From Paracoccus suum (GTDB lineage Bacteria > Pseudomonadota > Alphaproteobacteria > Rhodobacterales > Rhodobacteraceae): a DNA stretch of 32,000 bases. The translations under genes were made by a program, and so were the position numbers. How positions within the stretch are numbered: position 1 is the first letter of the stretch; each line of letters begins with the position of its first letter. Shown here piece after piece: positions 23,287 to 32,000 of this stretch. The stretch is from NCBI RefSeq assembly GCF_003324675.1, contig NZ_CP030918.1, forward strand, positions 840,001 to 872,000, in the 5' to 3' direction. The notes below the pieces were generated by a model that searched no databases, was not told the DNA's origin, and was given only the letters and a program-made list of their open reading frames with translations.

Positions 23287-23391
23287 GGTCGCCCTCATTT
23301 TGCGGTGCCTGCCGCATGATAGGCGCGTGACGCTACGCCAATGAAATGTATTGTCTTGATGAACATGCTTGGAAAGTTTGAGGGTCGCCGG

Positions 23392-24318
23392 ATGCACTAC
23401 ACGATCAAGCACCTGCGCTACACCGAGGCGGCGGCCCGGCACGGCTCGATCACCGCGGCGGCCGAGGCACTGGCGGTCTCGCCCTCGTCGATCGCCGCGG
23501 CGATCGACGGGATCGAGGCGCAACTGGGGCAGCCGGTATTCGTTCGCCAGCCCTCGCGTGGGGTGGCCGCCACTCGGTACGGCCGCCAATTCCTGGATGA
23601 ATTGCGAGCTCTCCTCGCGGCTCAGTCACGTTTCGACCGCCGCATCGGCGAGATCGACCGCGGCGTGGACGGGACCGTCCGAATTGCCTGCTTCACCCCG
23701 ATGGCGCCGATCATGCTGCCCACCATCCTGACCGAAGTCCGCAACCGGCACCCGAATCTGGTGACCCATGTGTTCGAGGGTTCGGTCACTGAGATCATCA
23801 CGGCGGTCGAGGATGGCAGCGCCGATCTGGCCATCGGCTACAGCGACCTCATGCCCACGAACGGCCCCTTTATTCCGCTGTTCACCGCCTATCCCCATGC
23901 GGCGCTGCCACGGGCACATCCACTGGCCAGCGGCGATTATGTCACGCTCGAGCAACTCGCCGCAGAGCCCCTGGTCGTCCTAGATCACGAACATTCCCGC
24001 AAGTACCTTATGGGTCTCTTTGCGGCGCGCGATCTGCGGCCAAATGTCGTCTATTCGGCGCGGACAACCGATACCATGCGCTCGCTAATCGCGGCCGGAC
24101 TGGCATATGGCGTGTTCAACATCCGGCCGATCGTCAAACAGAATTACGGCACCGGCGATCTGGTGCGTCTGCCCTTGGCGGGCGACCACGACTCGCCCCG
24201 GGCCGGGATTTTTCATCGCGATGACGCGAGGTTAGGCTCGGTTGCCAGCGCGGTCGTTGCAGCCTGCCGCGAGCAGGCTGCTGCCGGGGCCTTTGAGCCC
24301 GCCATTGTGCGGCCGTAG
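23392..24318 (+). CDS. LysR-family transcriptional regulator
   Basis: The N-terminal HTH IKHLRYTEAAARHGSITAAAEALAVSPSSIAAAIDGIEAQLGQPVFVR precedes a LysR substrate-binding domain. It is divergent from the amidohydrolase operon. The ATG at 23392 has GAGGG upstream. Confidence 0.9.
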   Translation: MHYTIKHLRYTEAAARHGSITAAAEALAVSPSSIAAAIDGIEAQLGQPVFVRQPSRGVAATRYGRQFLDELRALLAAQSRFDRRIGEIDRGVDGTVRIACFTPMAPIMLPTILTEVRNRHPNLVTHVFEGSVTEIITAVEDGSADLAIGYSDLMPTNGPFIPLFTAYPHAALPRAHPLASGDYVTLEQLAAEPLVVLDHEHSRKYLMGLFAARDLRPNVVYSARTTDTMRSLIAAGLAYGVFNIRPIVKQNYGTGDLVRLPLAGDHDSPRAGIFHRDDARLGSVASAVVAACREQAAAGAFEPAIVRP

Positions 24319-24426
24319 CTATCCCCGGATTTCCTGAGGAAGTTCCCCGGACAAAATGGATTTGATGGGTGAATGACCGCGCGTCACGGTGCCTTCACAA
24401 AGCCGATATCCAGCAGGAGAACGCAG

Positions 24427-26046
24427 ATGACGACGCGCAATTGCCTTGGCCGCCGCCCCGTTCTGGGCGCCCTTCTGGGACTTACGATCCTGACCCAAAC
24501 GCCGATGGCGCTCGCTCAGGTCGCGGCGCCGGCAGCCGCCCCGGCCGAGGTCCAGACGGGCGGCACTCTGGTTGTGGCGAGCCTCCAGAAGCCCCGGCAC
24601 CTCAATCCGGCCGTGCAATCGGGCATCGCCACCGCCGTGCCCGGCGCTCAGATTTTCGCAACTCCGCTGCGTTTCGGCGCGGACTTCACCCCCCAGCCCT
24701 ATCTGGCCGAAAGCTGGTCCTTCAGCGAGGATCAGAAGGTATTGACGCTGAAGCTGCGCCAGGGCGCGGTTTTCCATGATGGACAGCCGATCACCGCAGA
24801 AGACGTCAAATATTCGATGGACGTCGTGAAGGCCAACCATCCCTTCAACAGCATGCTCGCCCCAGTGAGCTCGGTCGAGGCGACCGACCCGCAGACCGTC
24901 ACCATCACCATGTCCCAACCCCACCCGGCGATCCTGCTGGCGCTGTCTTCGGCCCTCATGCCGGTGCTGCCGAAGCACGTCTTTGACGACGGCACCGACA
25001 TCAAGGCCAGCAGCCACAACAACCTGCCCGTAGGCTCTGGCCCGTTCCGCGTCACTGAGTTCGAGCCAGGCCAGCACATCATGCTGGAGAAGTTCGACAA
25101 GTTCTTCCTGCCGGGCAAGCCCTACCTCGACCGGATTGTCATCAAGCAATACAAGGACGCGAACTCGGCCGGCCTCGCGCTCGAGGCGGGCGAGGTTCAG
25201 CTTTACCCCTATCTTGACTCGACCCGGCTCGTGCAGCGGCTGGAAAAGAAGTCCAACATGACCGTAACCGATCAAGGCTATGCCGGCATCGGCGCGATGA
25301 ACTGGCTGGCCTTCAACACCAAGCATCCCGCGTTGTCGGACGTGCGTGTGCGCCAGGCGATCAGCTACGCGCTGGACCGCAATTTCGTCACCAAGGCGCT
25401 GCATGGCGGGCTGTCCAAACCGGCCTACGAGCCGGTCGTCTCATCCAGCCCGTTCTACACTGACGCGGTCGAGAAATACGATTTCGACCTCGACAAGGCC
25501 AAGGCGTTGCTGGCCGAGGCGGGCTATGGCGAGGGGGGCAAGCCACTTGCGCTCAGCATCGATTATCTGCCCGAGAACGAAGAGCAGCAGCACGCGGTGG
25601 CCGAATACGTCAAAGCCCAGCTGGCCAAGGTGGGGATCAAGGTCTCCGTCCGGGCCTCGCCCGACTTCCCGACCTGGGCGCAGCGGGTGTCGAACCATGA
25701 TTTCGACATGACAATGGACCAAGTGTTCAACTGGGGCGATCCGGTTATCGGCGTGAATCGCACCTATGTGTGCGACAATATCAAGCCGGGCGTCGTGTGG
25801 TCGAACACCCAGAGCTATTGCAACCCCGAAGTCGACAAGCTGCTGGCTTCTGCCGCGGTCGAGCCGGACCTCGCCAAGCGCAAGGAGCAGTACGCCCAGG
25901 CCTTTGCGCAGATCACCCGCGTCGCCCCGATCTACTTCGTAAACGAGGCGCCCTATTTCACGGCCTACTCCGATGTGGTGCAGAATCCGCCGGTGTCGAT
26001 CTGGGGTCCCATGGGTCCGATGGATGAGGTCTGGCTGAAAAAATAA
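24427..26046 (+). CDS. ABC transporter substrate-binding protein, family 5 (peptide/nickel, DppA/OppA-like)
   Basis: Signal peptide MTTRNCLGRRPVLGALLGLTILTQTPMALAQ. The size and sequence are typical of SBP_bac_5, and two permease and two ATPase genes follow. The ATG at 24427 has AGGAGA upstream. Confidence 0.9.
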   Translation: MTTRNCLGRRPVLGALLGLTILTQTPMALAQVAAPAAAPAEVQTGGTLVVASLQKPRHLNPAVQSGIATAVPGAQIFATPLRFGADFTPQPYLAESWSFSEDQKVLTLKLRQGAVFHDGQPITAEDVKYSMDVVKANHPFNSMLAPVSSVEATDPQTVTITMSQPHPAILLALSSALMPVLPKHVFDDGTDIKASSHNNLPVGSGPFRVTEFEPGQHIMLEKFDKFFLPGKPYLDRIVIKQYKDANSAGLALEAGEVQLYPYLDSTRLVQRLEKKSNMTVTDQGYAGIGAMNWLAFNTKHPALSDVRVRQAISYALDRNFVTKALHGGLSKPAYEPVVSSSPFYTDAVEKYDFDLDKAKALLAEAGYGEGGKPLALSIDYLPENEEQQHAVAEYVKAQLAKVGIKVSVRASPDFPTWAQRVSNHDFDMTMDQVFNWGDPVIGVNRTYVCDNIKPGVVWSNTQSYCNPEVDKLLASAAVEPDLAKRKEQYAQAFAQITRVAPIYFVNEAPYFTAYSDVVQNPPVSIWGPMGPMDEVWLKK

Positions 26047-26080
26047 GCCGCCGCTCCGACCGTCGAAACGAACAAGGGGG

Positions 26081-27055
26081 ATGGCCATGCGAGGCATCGT
26101 CAAAAGGCTTATCTGGGCAGCGGGGCTCATACTGGCGGTGCTGGTACTCAACTTCCTGCTGATCCAGTTGGCACCGGGCGACCCGGCAGAGGTCATCGCT
26201 GGTGAAATGGGCGGCGCCAGCGCCGATGTGATGGCCGGGATCCGGGCGCAGTATGGGCTCGACAAGCCGCTGCCGGTGCAGCTGGGCCTCTATTTGGGCA
26301 AGGCCCTGCAGGGCGATCTGGGCGTTTCCTACTACTATAACCGGGCTGTGGCGGGGCTGATCCTGTCTCGAGTCGGGCCGACCCTCTTGCTGGTCGGCTC
26401 GGCACTGGCCTTTGCTCTGATTGTCGGCACCCGGCTGGGGCTTCTGGCCTCGCGCAATCCGCGGGGCCCTGCCTCGGCGCTGGTCACAGTGCTGTCGCTT
26501 ATCGGCTATGCCGCGCCTGTCTTCTGGACCGGGTTGATGCTGGTGATCCTGTTTGCCGCCCGCATCCCCCTGTTTCCAGTCTCGGGCATGCGTGACGTGA
26601 CGGGCGCGACGGATCTGGTGTCGCGGACGCTGGATGTCGCCCATCATTTGGTGCTGCCCGCCCTGACGCTGGGAATTGTCTACCTGGCGCAATACAGCCG
26701 TCTGACCCGGGCCGCGATGCTCGAGGTGCTGGGGTCGGACTATATCCGCACCGCCCGCGCCAAGGGTGTGCGCGAGCGGCGGGTCTTTACCCACCACGCC
26801 TTTCGCAACGCGCTGCTGCCGGTCGTGACAGTCGCCGGGATGCAATTCGGCACGATCCTTTCCGGCGCGGTGCTGGTCGAGACAGTGTTCAGCTGGCCCG
26901 GTCTTGGCACGCTGGCCTTCGATTCCATCCTCGCGCGCGATTATCCCACGATCCTGGGCATCCTGTTCTTTTCGACCCTCATCGTCATCTGCGCAAACCT
27001 GTTGACCGACGCGGTCGCGCGCCGGCTTGACCCGCGCCTGCAGCAGAGGGGCTGA
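26081..27055 (+). CDS. ABC transporter permease (DppB/OppB-like)
   Basis: Multi-TM protein with the N-terminal IVKRLIWAAGLILAVLVLNFLLIQLAPGDP typical of DppB-type permeases and an EAA-loop region (YIRTARAKGV). Confidence 0.9.
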   Translation: MAMRGIVKRLIWAAGLILAVLVLNFLLIQLAPGDPAEVIAGEMGGASADVMAGIRAQYGLDKPLPVQLGLYLGKALQGDLGVSYYYNRAVAGLILSRVGPTLLLVGSALAFALIVGTRLGLLASRNPRGPASALVTVLSLIGYAAPVFWTGLMLVILFAARIPLFPVSGMRDVTGATDLVSRTLDVAHHLVLPALTLGIVYLAQYSRLTRAAMLEVLGSDYIRTARAKGVRERRVFTHHAFRNALLPVVTVAGMQFGTILSGAVLVETVFSWPGLGTLAFDSILARDYPTILGILFFSTLIVICANLLTDAVARRLDPRLQQRG

Positions 27056-27058
27056 CGC

Positions 27059-27979
27059 ATGACTGATCTGTCCACCAATCCGGCGATGCCCGGCGCTCCA
27101 GTCCCCGGACCTGTCCCGGCAGCCGTGACGCGCCCTCAAAGCCCCTCGGCCGAGGCCTGGGCCATGTTCCGCCGCAGCCCGGCGGCGCTGCTGGGCCTCG
27201 TGCTGGTCGCAGTGGTCGTCGTGGCCGCACTGGCCGGGCCGCTGATCTACACCGTCGATCCATTCGAGATCGTCTGGGGCCCGCTGACCGCCCCGGGCAC
27301 CGAGCCGACCGTGCCGCTGGGCACTGACAATCTGGGCCGTGACATCCTGGCGGGGCTGCTTTCCGGCGGCCGGGCAACACTCGCCGTGGGCGTCTCGGCC
27401 GCCATCATCACCGTGGTGATCGGCGTGCTGGTCGGTGCGGCCGCCGGCTACTATGGCGGCACCACCGACGAGGTTCTGATGCGCGTGACCGAGTTCTTTC
27501 AGGTCCTGCCGCCCCTGCTGTTCGCAATGGTCGTCGTCACCCTGTTCACGCCGACGCTGACCACCGTTGCACTGGCGATCGGCGTCGTCAGTTGGCCCCA
27601 GACCGCGCGACTGGTCCGGGCCGAGTTCATGCGCATCCGCGCGCTGGAGTATGTCCGGGCCATGCGCTCGATCGGGGCGTCGGACCGTTTCATCATCTGG
27701 CGCACCATCCTGCCGAACGCACTGCCCCCCTTGATCGTGTCTGCCACCCTGACGATCGGCGGCGCTATCCTGTTCGAGGCCGGCCTCAGTTTTCTGGGCC
27801 TGTCCGATCCCAACACCATGTCGTGGGGCCTTATGATTGGCACCGGGCGTGAGTATTTCCTCGACGCCTGGTGGGTGGTGACGCTGCCCGGGGCACTGAT
27901 CTTCCTGACGGTTCTGGGTGTCAGCCTGCTGGGCGACGGCCTGAACGATGCCTTCAATCCCCGCCTGAGGGAGCGCTGA
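27059..27979 (+). CDS. ABC transporter permease (DppC/OppC-like)
   Basis: PLGTDNLGRDILAGLL and EYVRAMRSIGASD motifs with multiple TM segments. It starts 3 nt after the preceding permease gene. Confidence 0.9.
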   Translation: MTDLSTNPAMPGAPVPGPVPAAVTRPQSPSAEAWAMFRRSPAALLGLVLVAVVVVAALAGPLIYTVDPFEIVWGPLTAPGTEPTVPLGTDNLGRDILAGLLSGGRATLAVGVSAAIITVVIGVLVGAAAGYYGGTTDEVLMRVTEFFQVLPPLLFAMVVVTLFTPTLTTVALAIGVVSWPQTARLVRAEFMRIRALEYVRAMRSIGASDRFIIWRTILPNALPPLIVSATLTIGGAILFEAGLSFLGLSDPNTMSWGLMIGTGREYFLDAWWVVTLPGALIFLTVLGVSLLGDGLNDAFNPRLRER

Positions 27980-27981
27980 TC

Positions 27982-28968
27982 ATGGCCCCATTGCTGGACG
28001 TTCAGAACCTGCGGGTCGAGTTCAAGACCCGCGCCGGCACCGCCCGCGTGCTCGACAATGTCAGCTTCGCGGTCGAGTCGGGGCGCATCCTCGGGATCGT
28101 CGGCGAATCCGGTTGCGGCAAGAGCATGTCGGCGCTCTCGATCCTCGGGCTGGTGCCCAGCCCCCCGGGGCAGGTCAAGGGCGGCCGTATCATGTTCGAC
28201 GGGCGCGATCTGCTGAGCATCGCTCCGGAGGAGATGCGCCGGCTGCGCGGCGGCGAGATCGCGATGATTTTTCAGGAGCCGATGACCTCGCTGAACCCGG
28301 TATTCACCTGCGGGGACCAGATCGCCGAAGCGGTGCGCCTGCACCAGCCGGTCAGCGCGGCCGAGGCCCGCAAGCGTGCCGTCGAGATGCTGCGCGCCGT
28401 TGCCATTCCCGAGCCGGAGGCGCGGGCCGACACCTACCCGCACCAGATGTCGGGCGGGATGCGCCAGCGGGTGATGATCGCCATGGCGCTGTCCTGCCGC
28501 CCGCGCCTGCTGATCGCCGATGAGCCGACGACCGCGCTGGATGTGACCGTCCAGGCGCAGATATTCGCCCTGCTGCGCGATCTGCGTGACCAGACCGGCA
28601 CTGCTATCGTCATGATCACGCATGACATGGGCGCGATCGCGGAAATGGCCGATGACGTGGCGGTCATGTACGCGGGCCGGGTGATCGAGAAGGGACCAGC
28701 CGACGCCATCCTTGACCAGCCGGCGCACCCCTACACCCAGGGGTTGCTGAACTCGATCCCGCGGCTCGATCTGGACCCCTCGGGCGATCTGCCCGAGATT
28801 CCGGGGGTCGTCCCGCCGCTGACAGAGCTGGGCCACGGCTGTGCCTTCGCAGACCGCTGCCCGCACGCCTTCGCCCCCTGCCGCACGATAGAGCCGCGCC
28901 ACGTCACCGTCTCGGCCGAGCATTCGGCCGCCTGTCACCTGTTGTCCGGGATGGAGGACGCGGCATGA
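27982..28968 (+). CDS. ABC transporter ATP-binding protein (DppD/OppD-like)
   Basis: GESGCGKS (Walker A), MSGGMRQR (signature), [12 protein letters not shown] (Walker B) and the C-terminal oligopeptide-type extension HPYTQGLL. The start is at the ATG at 27982. Confidence 0.92.
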   Translation: MAPLLDVQNLRVEFKTRAGTARVLDNVSFAVESGRILGIVGESGCGKSMSALSILGLVPSPPGQVKGGRIMFDGRDLLSIAPEEMRRLRGGEIAMIFQEPMTSLNPVFTCGDQIAEAVRLHQPVSAAEARKRAVEMLRAVAIPEPEARADTYPHQMSGGMRQRVMIAMALSCRPRLLIADEPTTALDVTVQAQIFALLRDLRDQTGTAIVMITHDMGAIAEMADDVAVMYAGRVIEKGPADAILDQPAHPYTQGLLNSIPRLDLDPSGDLPEIPGVVPPLTELGHGCAFADRCPHAFAPCRTIEPRHVTVSAEHSAACHLLSGMEDAA

Positions 28969-29961
28969 ACGCACAGCCCGTAAAAGCCGAACCGCAGCAG
29001 GCCGCCGCTGCGCCCTCGCCTGATCTGCTCGCCGTGGATGACATTCGGGTGCATTTTCCCGCCCCCGGCGGACGCACTGTCCATGCCGTCGATGGCGTCT
29101 CGCTGGCCGTCCAGCGGGGCCGGACCTTTGGCGTCGTCGGCGAATCCGGCTCGGGCAAGACGACGCTGGCGCTTGCGGTGATGCGCCTCGTTCCGATCAC
29201 CGGCGGCCGGCTGACGCTGCACGAGCGCGACATCACCACGCTCGACGGCAACGCGTTGCGCGAGGTGCGCCGTGATTTCCAGATGGTCTTCCAGGACCCC
29301 TATTCTTCGCTGAACCCGCGACCGGGTCGGCATGCTGATCCGCCAGCCGATGGACTTGTTGGACGTCGGCGTGCCCGCCGAGCGTGACGCCCGCGTGGAC
29401 GAGTTGATGCGCCAGGTGGGTCTGCGTCCTGAAATGAAATGGCTGTATCCGCATCAATTCTCGGGCGGGCAGCGGCAGCGGATCGGTCTGGCGCGGGCGC
29501 TGGCGACCAATCCCGCGCTGGTGGTGTTCGACGAGCCGGTCTCGGCGCTCGATGTCGCCGTGCAGGCGCAGGTCCTGAACCTCATCCGCCGCCTGCAACG
29601 CGAGCGTGGGCTGACATACCTTTTCATCTCGCATGATCTGGGAGTAGTCCGTCAGGTCTGCGACGACGTCGGTGTGATGTATCTTGGCCAGATGGTCGAG
29701 GCAGCGCCGGCAGCCGCCCTCTATGCCGAGCCGCTGCATCCCTACACGCAGGCGCTGATCGCTGCGGCGCCGTCGATGTCGCAACGGCGCGTGGCGCGGC
29801 CAGCTCCCATCCAGGGCGACCCGCCCAGCCCCATCAACCTGCCCCCCGGCTGCCGGTTCGCCGCGCGCTGCCCCCTCGCCCAGCCGATATGCCGCGAAGC
29901 CCCACCGGCCTTGCGCGAACTGCGCCCGCAGCACCGCGTCGCTTGCCATTTGGCAGCCTGA
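28965..29961 (+). pseudogene. ABC transporter ATP-binding protein (DppF/OppF-like) with an apparent +1 frameshift near 29319-29325
   Basis: ORF 28965-29387 carries Walker A (GESGSGKTT) and ...FQDPYSSLNPR, then turns into junk. ORF 29332-29961, in the next frame, continues MLIRQPMDLL...FSGGQRQR...VVFDEPVSALD...HPYTQALI. The two halves join if one nt is removed around 29319-29325. Confidence 0.8.
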
Positions 29962-30213
29962 CTACGCTCGCATCCTAAGGGGTGGAACCCGACAAGACGG
30001 TTAGCGCCTGTTTCCGGGCGAGTGGTTTTCCTCTGGCTGGAGAACAGCCTGGCCGCGCTCGTCGGCCTCTCCCAAACCCCCTCATCCTTAAGTCTTAGAC
30101 CACCCCCAGACGCCCAGCACCGCCCCCAAACACCGCTTGACCCCGCCGCGAAGCGGGTGCCAATTTTGCGCGCTGACGTCTCGGCACTGCGCGCACTGGG
30201 GAGGGCGCCCTGA

Positions 30214-31257
30214 ATGAAACACGTTCTTATTGCTGCATTTTTTGGTATCGCGGCCGGCACAGCTGCCCTTGCTGACGGTCCGGTCGACATCAGCAAAGTG
30301 AACAAGGACCTGATCACCACGGCCGATGACAAGAAATACTCCATCGCGACGGTGGTGAAGGTCGACGGCATCGCCTGGTTTGACCGGATGCGCGAGGGTG
30401 TGGACCAGTTCAAGGCAGACACGGGCAACGATACTTGGATGGTCGGGCCGTCGCAGGCCGATGCCGCGGCCCAGGTCCAGATGATCGAGAACCTGATCGC
30501 CCAGGGCGTCGATGCGATCTGCGTCGTGCCCTTCAGCGTCGAGGCGGTCGAGCCGGTGCTGAAAAAGGCCCGCGACCGCGGCATCGTCGTGATCACGCAC
30601 GAGGCTTCGAACATTCAGAACGCCGACTATGATATCGAGGCGTTCGACAACAAGGCCTACGGCGCCAACCTGATGAAAGTGCTGGGCGAGGCGATGGGCG
30701 GCAAGGGCAAGTATGTCGCGACCGTCGGCAGCCTGACCTCGAAATCGCAGATGGAATGGATCGACGGCGCGGTCGAATACCAGAAGGCCAATTTCCCCGA
30801 GATGTCGCAGGCCGTCGACCGGCTCGAGACTTATGACGACGCCAACCAGGATTACACCAAGCTGAAGGAGGCGATGACCGCCCATCCCGATATCACCGGG
30901 ATCGTCGGCGGGCCGATGCCGACCTCGGCCGGGGCGGGCCGCCTGATCCAGGAAGGCGGCCTGCAGGGCAAGGTCCATTTCGCCGGCACCGGCCTTGTCT
31001 CGGTCGCGGGCGAGTACCTGACCAATGGCGATATCAGCTACATCCAGTTCTGGGACCCGGCGGTTGCCGGCTATGCGATGAACATGCTGGCCGTCGCCGC
31101 GCTGGAGAAGAAGAACGACATGCTGAAGCCTGGACTCGATCTGGGGCTGGCCGGCTATACCTCGCTGGTCGCGCCCGATCCGACAAAGCCGAACCTGATG
31201 TATGGCGCCGGCTGGGTCGGCGTCACCAAGGACAACATGGCGGATTACGACTTCTGA
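30214..31257 (+). CDS. Sugar ABC transporter periplasmic substrate-binding protein (PBP1, RbsB/LsrB-like)
   Basis: Signal peptide MKHVLIAAFFGIAAGTAALA, then ...ENLIAQGVDAICVVP...ARDRGIVVITHE..., typical of Peripla_BP sugar binders. An ABC ATPase gene follows. Confidence 0.85.
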   Translation: MKHVLIAAFFGIAAGTAALADGPVDISKVNKDLITTADDKKYSIATVVKVDGIAWFDRMREGVDQFKADTGNDTWMVGPSQADAAAQVQMIENLIAQGVDAICVVPFSVEAVEPVLKKARDRGIVVITHEASNIQNADYDIEAFDNKAYGANLMKVLGEAMGGKGKYVATVGSLTSKSQMEWIDGAVEYQKANFPEMSQAVDRLETYDDANQDYTKLKEAMTAHPDITGIVGGPMPTSAGAGRLIQEGGLQGKVHFAGTGLVSVAGEYLTNGDISYIQFWDPAVAGYAMNMLAVAALEKKNDMLKPGLDLGLAGYTSLVAPDPTKPNLMYGAGWVGVTKDNMADYDF

Positions 31258-31322
31258 TCTGACATACCAAAGGTGCGGGCCGCTGGACGGCCCTCGCCAT
31301 TCCGCCTGGTGGAAAGCCGATC

Positions 31323-32000
31323 ATGACCGACACCCCGGACGTCGCCCGCACGCCCTTGATCGACCTGCTCGGGGTGACAAAACGGTTCGGCGGCGTGACC
31401 GCCCTGCGCGATGTCTCGATGTCGATCTACCCCGGCGAGATCCTGTGCCTCGCGGGCGAGAACGGGTCGGGCAAGTCCACCATCATCAAGGTCATCTCGG
31501 GCGTCTACCGGGCCGACGAAGGCGCGGTCCTGATCGATGGCCAGCCTGTCGGGGCCTATGATCCGGTAAAATCCACCTCGGCCGGGATCGAGGTGATCTA
31601 TCAGGATTTCGCTTTGTTCCCGACGCTGTCGGTGGTCGAGAACCTGACCCTGAACGGTTTTCTGCGCGAGGGGCGGCAACTGATCGACCGGCAGCGCGCC
31701 CGCGCGCTGGCCGCAGACGTGCTCGCCCGCCTCGGGGTGAGCCTGCCGCTGGACGCGGCGGTCGAGACGCTGCCGACCTCGGGCAAGCAACTGGTCGCCA
31801 TCGCCCGCGCGGTGCTGGCCAACGCCCGGCTGATCATCATGGACGAGCCGACCACCGCCCTGACCGGGCTGGAGGTCGAGCGGCTGTTCCGCATTGCCCG
31901 CGATCTGCGCGCGCACGGCATCGCCATCCTCTTTGTCAGCCACAAGATGCGCGAGATGCTGGAGATTTCTGACCGGCTGGTGGTGTTCCGCAACGGCCGC
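31323..32000 (+). CDS. Sugar ABC transporter ATP-binding protein (RbsA/MglA-like), 5' part, runs off the window
   Basis: Hand translation from the ATG at 31323 gives MTDTPDVARTPLIDLLGVTKRFGGVTALRDVSMSIYPGEILCLAGENGSGKSTIIKVISGVY...LPTSGKQLVAIARAVLANARLIIMDEPTTAL...FVSHKMREMLEISDRLVVFRNGR. It is absent from the track because it has no stop in the window. Confidence 0.9.
   Translation, partial: MTDTPDVARTPLIDLLGVTKRFGGVTALRDVSMSIYPGEILCLAGENGSGKSTIIKVISGVYRADEGAVLIDGQPVGAYDPVKSTSAGIEVIYQDFALFPTLSVVENLTLNGFLREGRQLIDRQRARALAADVLARLGVSLPLDAAVETLPTSGKQLVAIARAVLANARLIIMDEPTTALTGLEVERLFRIARDLRAHGIAILFVSHKMREMLEISDRLVVFRNGR

Noticed and set aside
24319-28974. Long minus-strand ORFs (24319-25404, 25441-26265, 25958-27139, 27499-28974) across the peptide ABC transporter
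   Set aside because: They are antisense to five clearly recognisable transporter genes. The extreme Arg/Gly/Pro/Asp content is typical of the reverse frame of very GC-rich coding DNA.
29233-31943. Minus-strand ORFs 29233-29949, 29742-30614, 30088-30978 and 31245-31943
   Set aside because: They are antisense to the DppF-like gene, the sugar-binding protein gene and the sugar ABC ATPase gene, and have no motifs.
1-32000. Search by eye for CRISPR arrays, rRNA, IS-element terminal inverted repeats or a transposase, and retron or reverse-transcriptase genes
   Set aside because: I saw no regularly spaced repeats, no rRNA-like segments and no transposase or RT motifs (for example DDE or YxDD) in any listed ORF. 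This absence is based on visual inspection only.

Overview
High-GC, alphaproteobacterium-like sequence in two parts. (A) Positions 1 to about 20.5 kb look like the right-hand part of an integrative genomic island. Tandem tyrosine-recombinase genes and an excisionase-like HTH sit at the left. Degenerate tRNA-fMet 3' fragments plus a hairpin terminator at 20.36-20.51 kb look like the distal att remnant. The island is a mosaic of conflict modules: a decayed type III R-M (mod tail plus frameshifted, truncated res); an AbiEi/AbiEii pair with a perfect inverted-repeat operator candidate; an orphan ParD-like antitoxin; a phage lysis-cassette remnant (holin-like plus overlapped spanin-like genes, no endolysin); and an AIPR gene. 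Two operons stand out as candidates for undescribed systems. The first is a six-gene, translationally coupled minus-strand operon: m5C methyltransferase, Vsr, MORC-like GHKL ATPase, HNH nuclease, SNF2 helicase and a stand-alone EcoRII-N-like DNA reader (10612-16931). The second is a visibly lower-GC three-gene operon: AAA/ABC-type ATPase, PIN-like nuclease and RNA ligase (17612-20198). A roughly 20-bp direct repeat (4907-4926 and 20208-20227) brackets the 15.3 kb that hold most defence genes. (B) From 20774 to 32000 the genes look like ordinary core genes: a COG0523 GTPase plus amidohydrolase operon divergent from a LysR regulator, a five-gene Dpp/Opp-type peptide ABC transporter whose second ATPase gene carries an apparent frameshift, and the start of a sugar ABC transporter. 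I saw no rRNA, intact tRNA or CRISPR array. All family assignments come from motifs read by eye in the supplied translations or my own hand translations. No database search was run.
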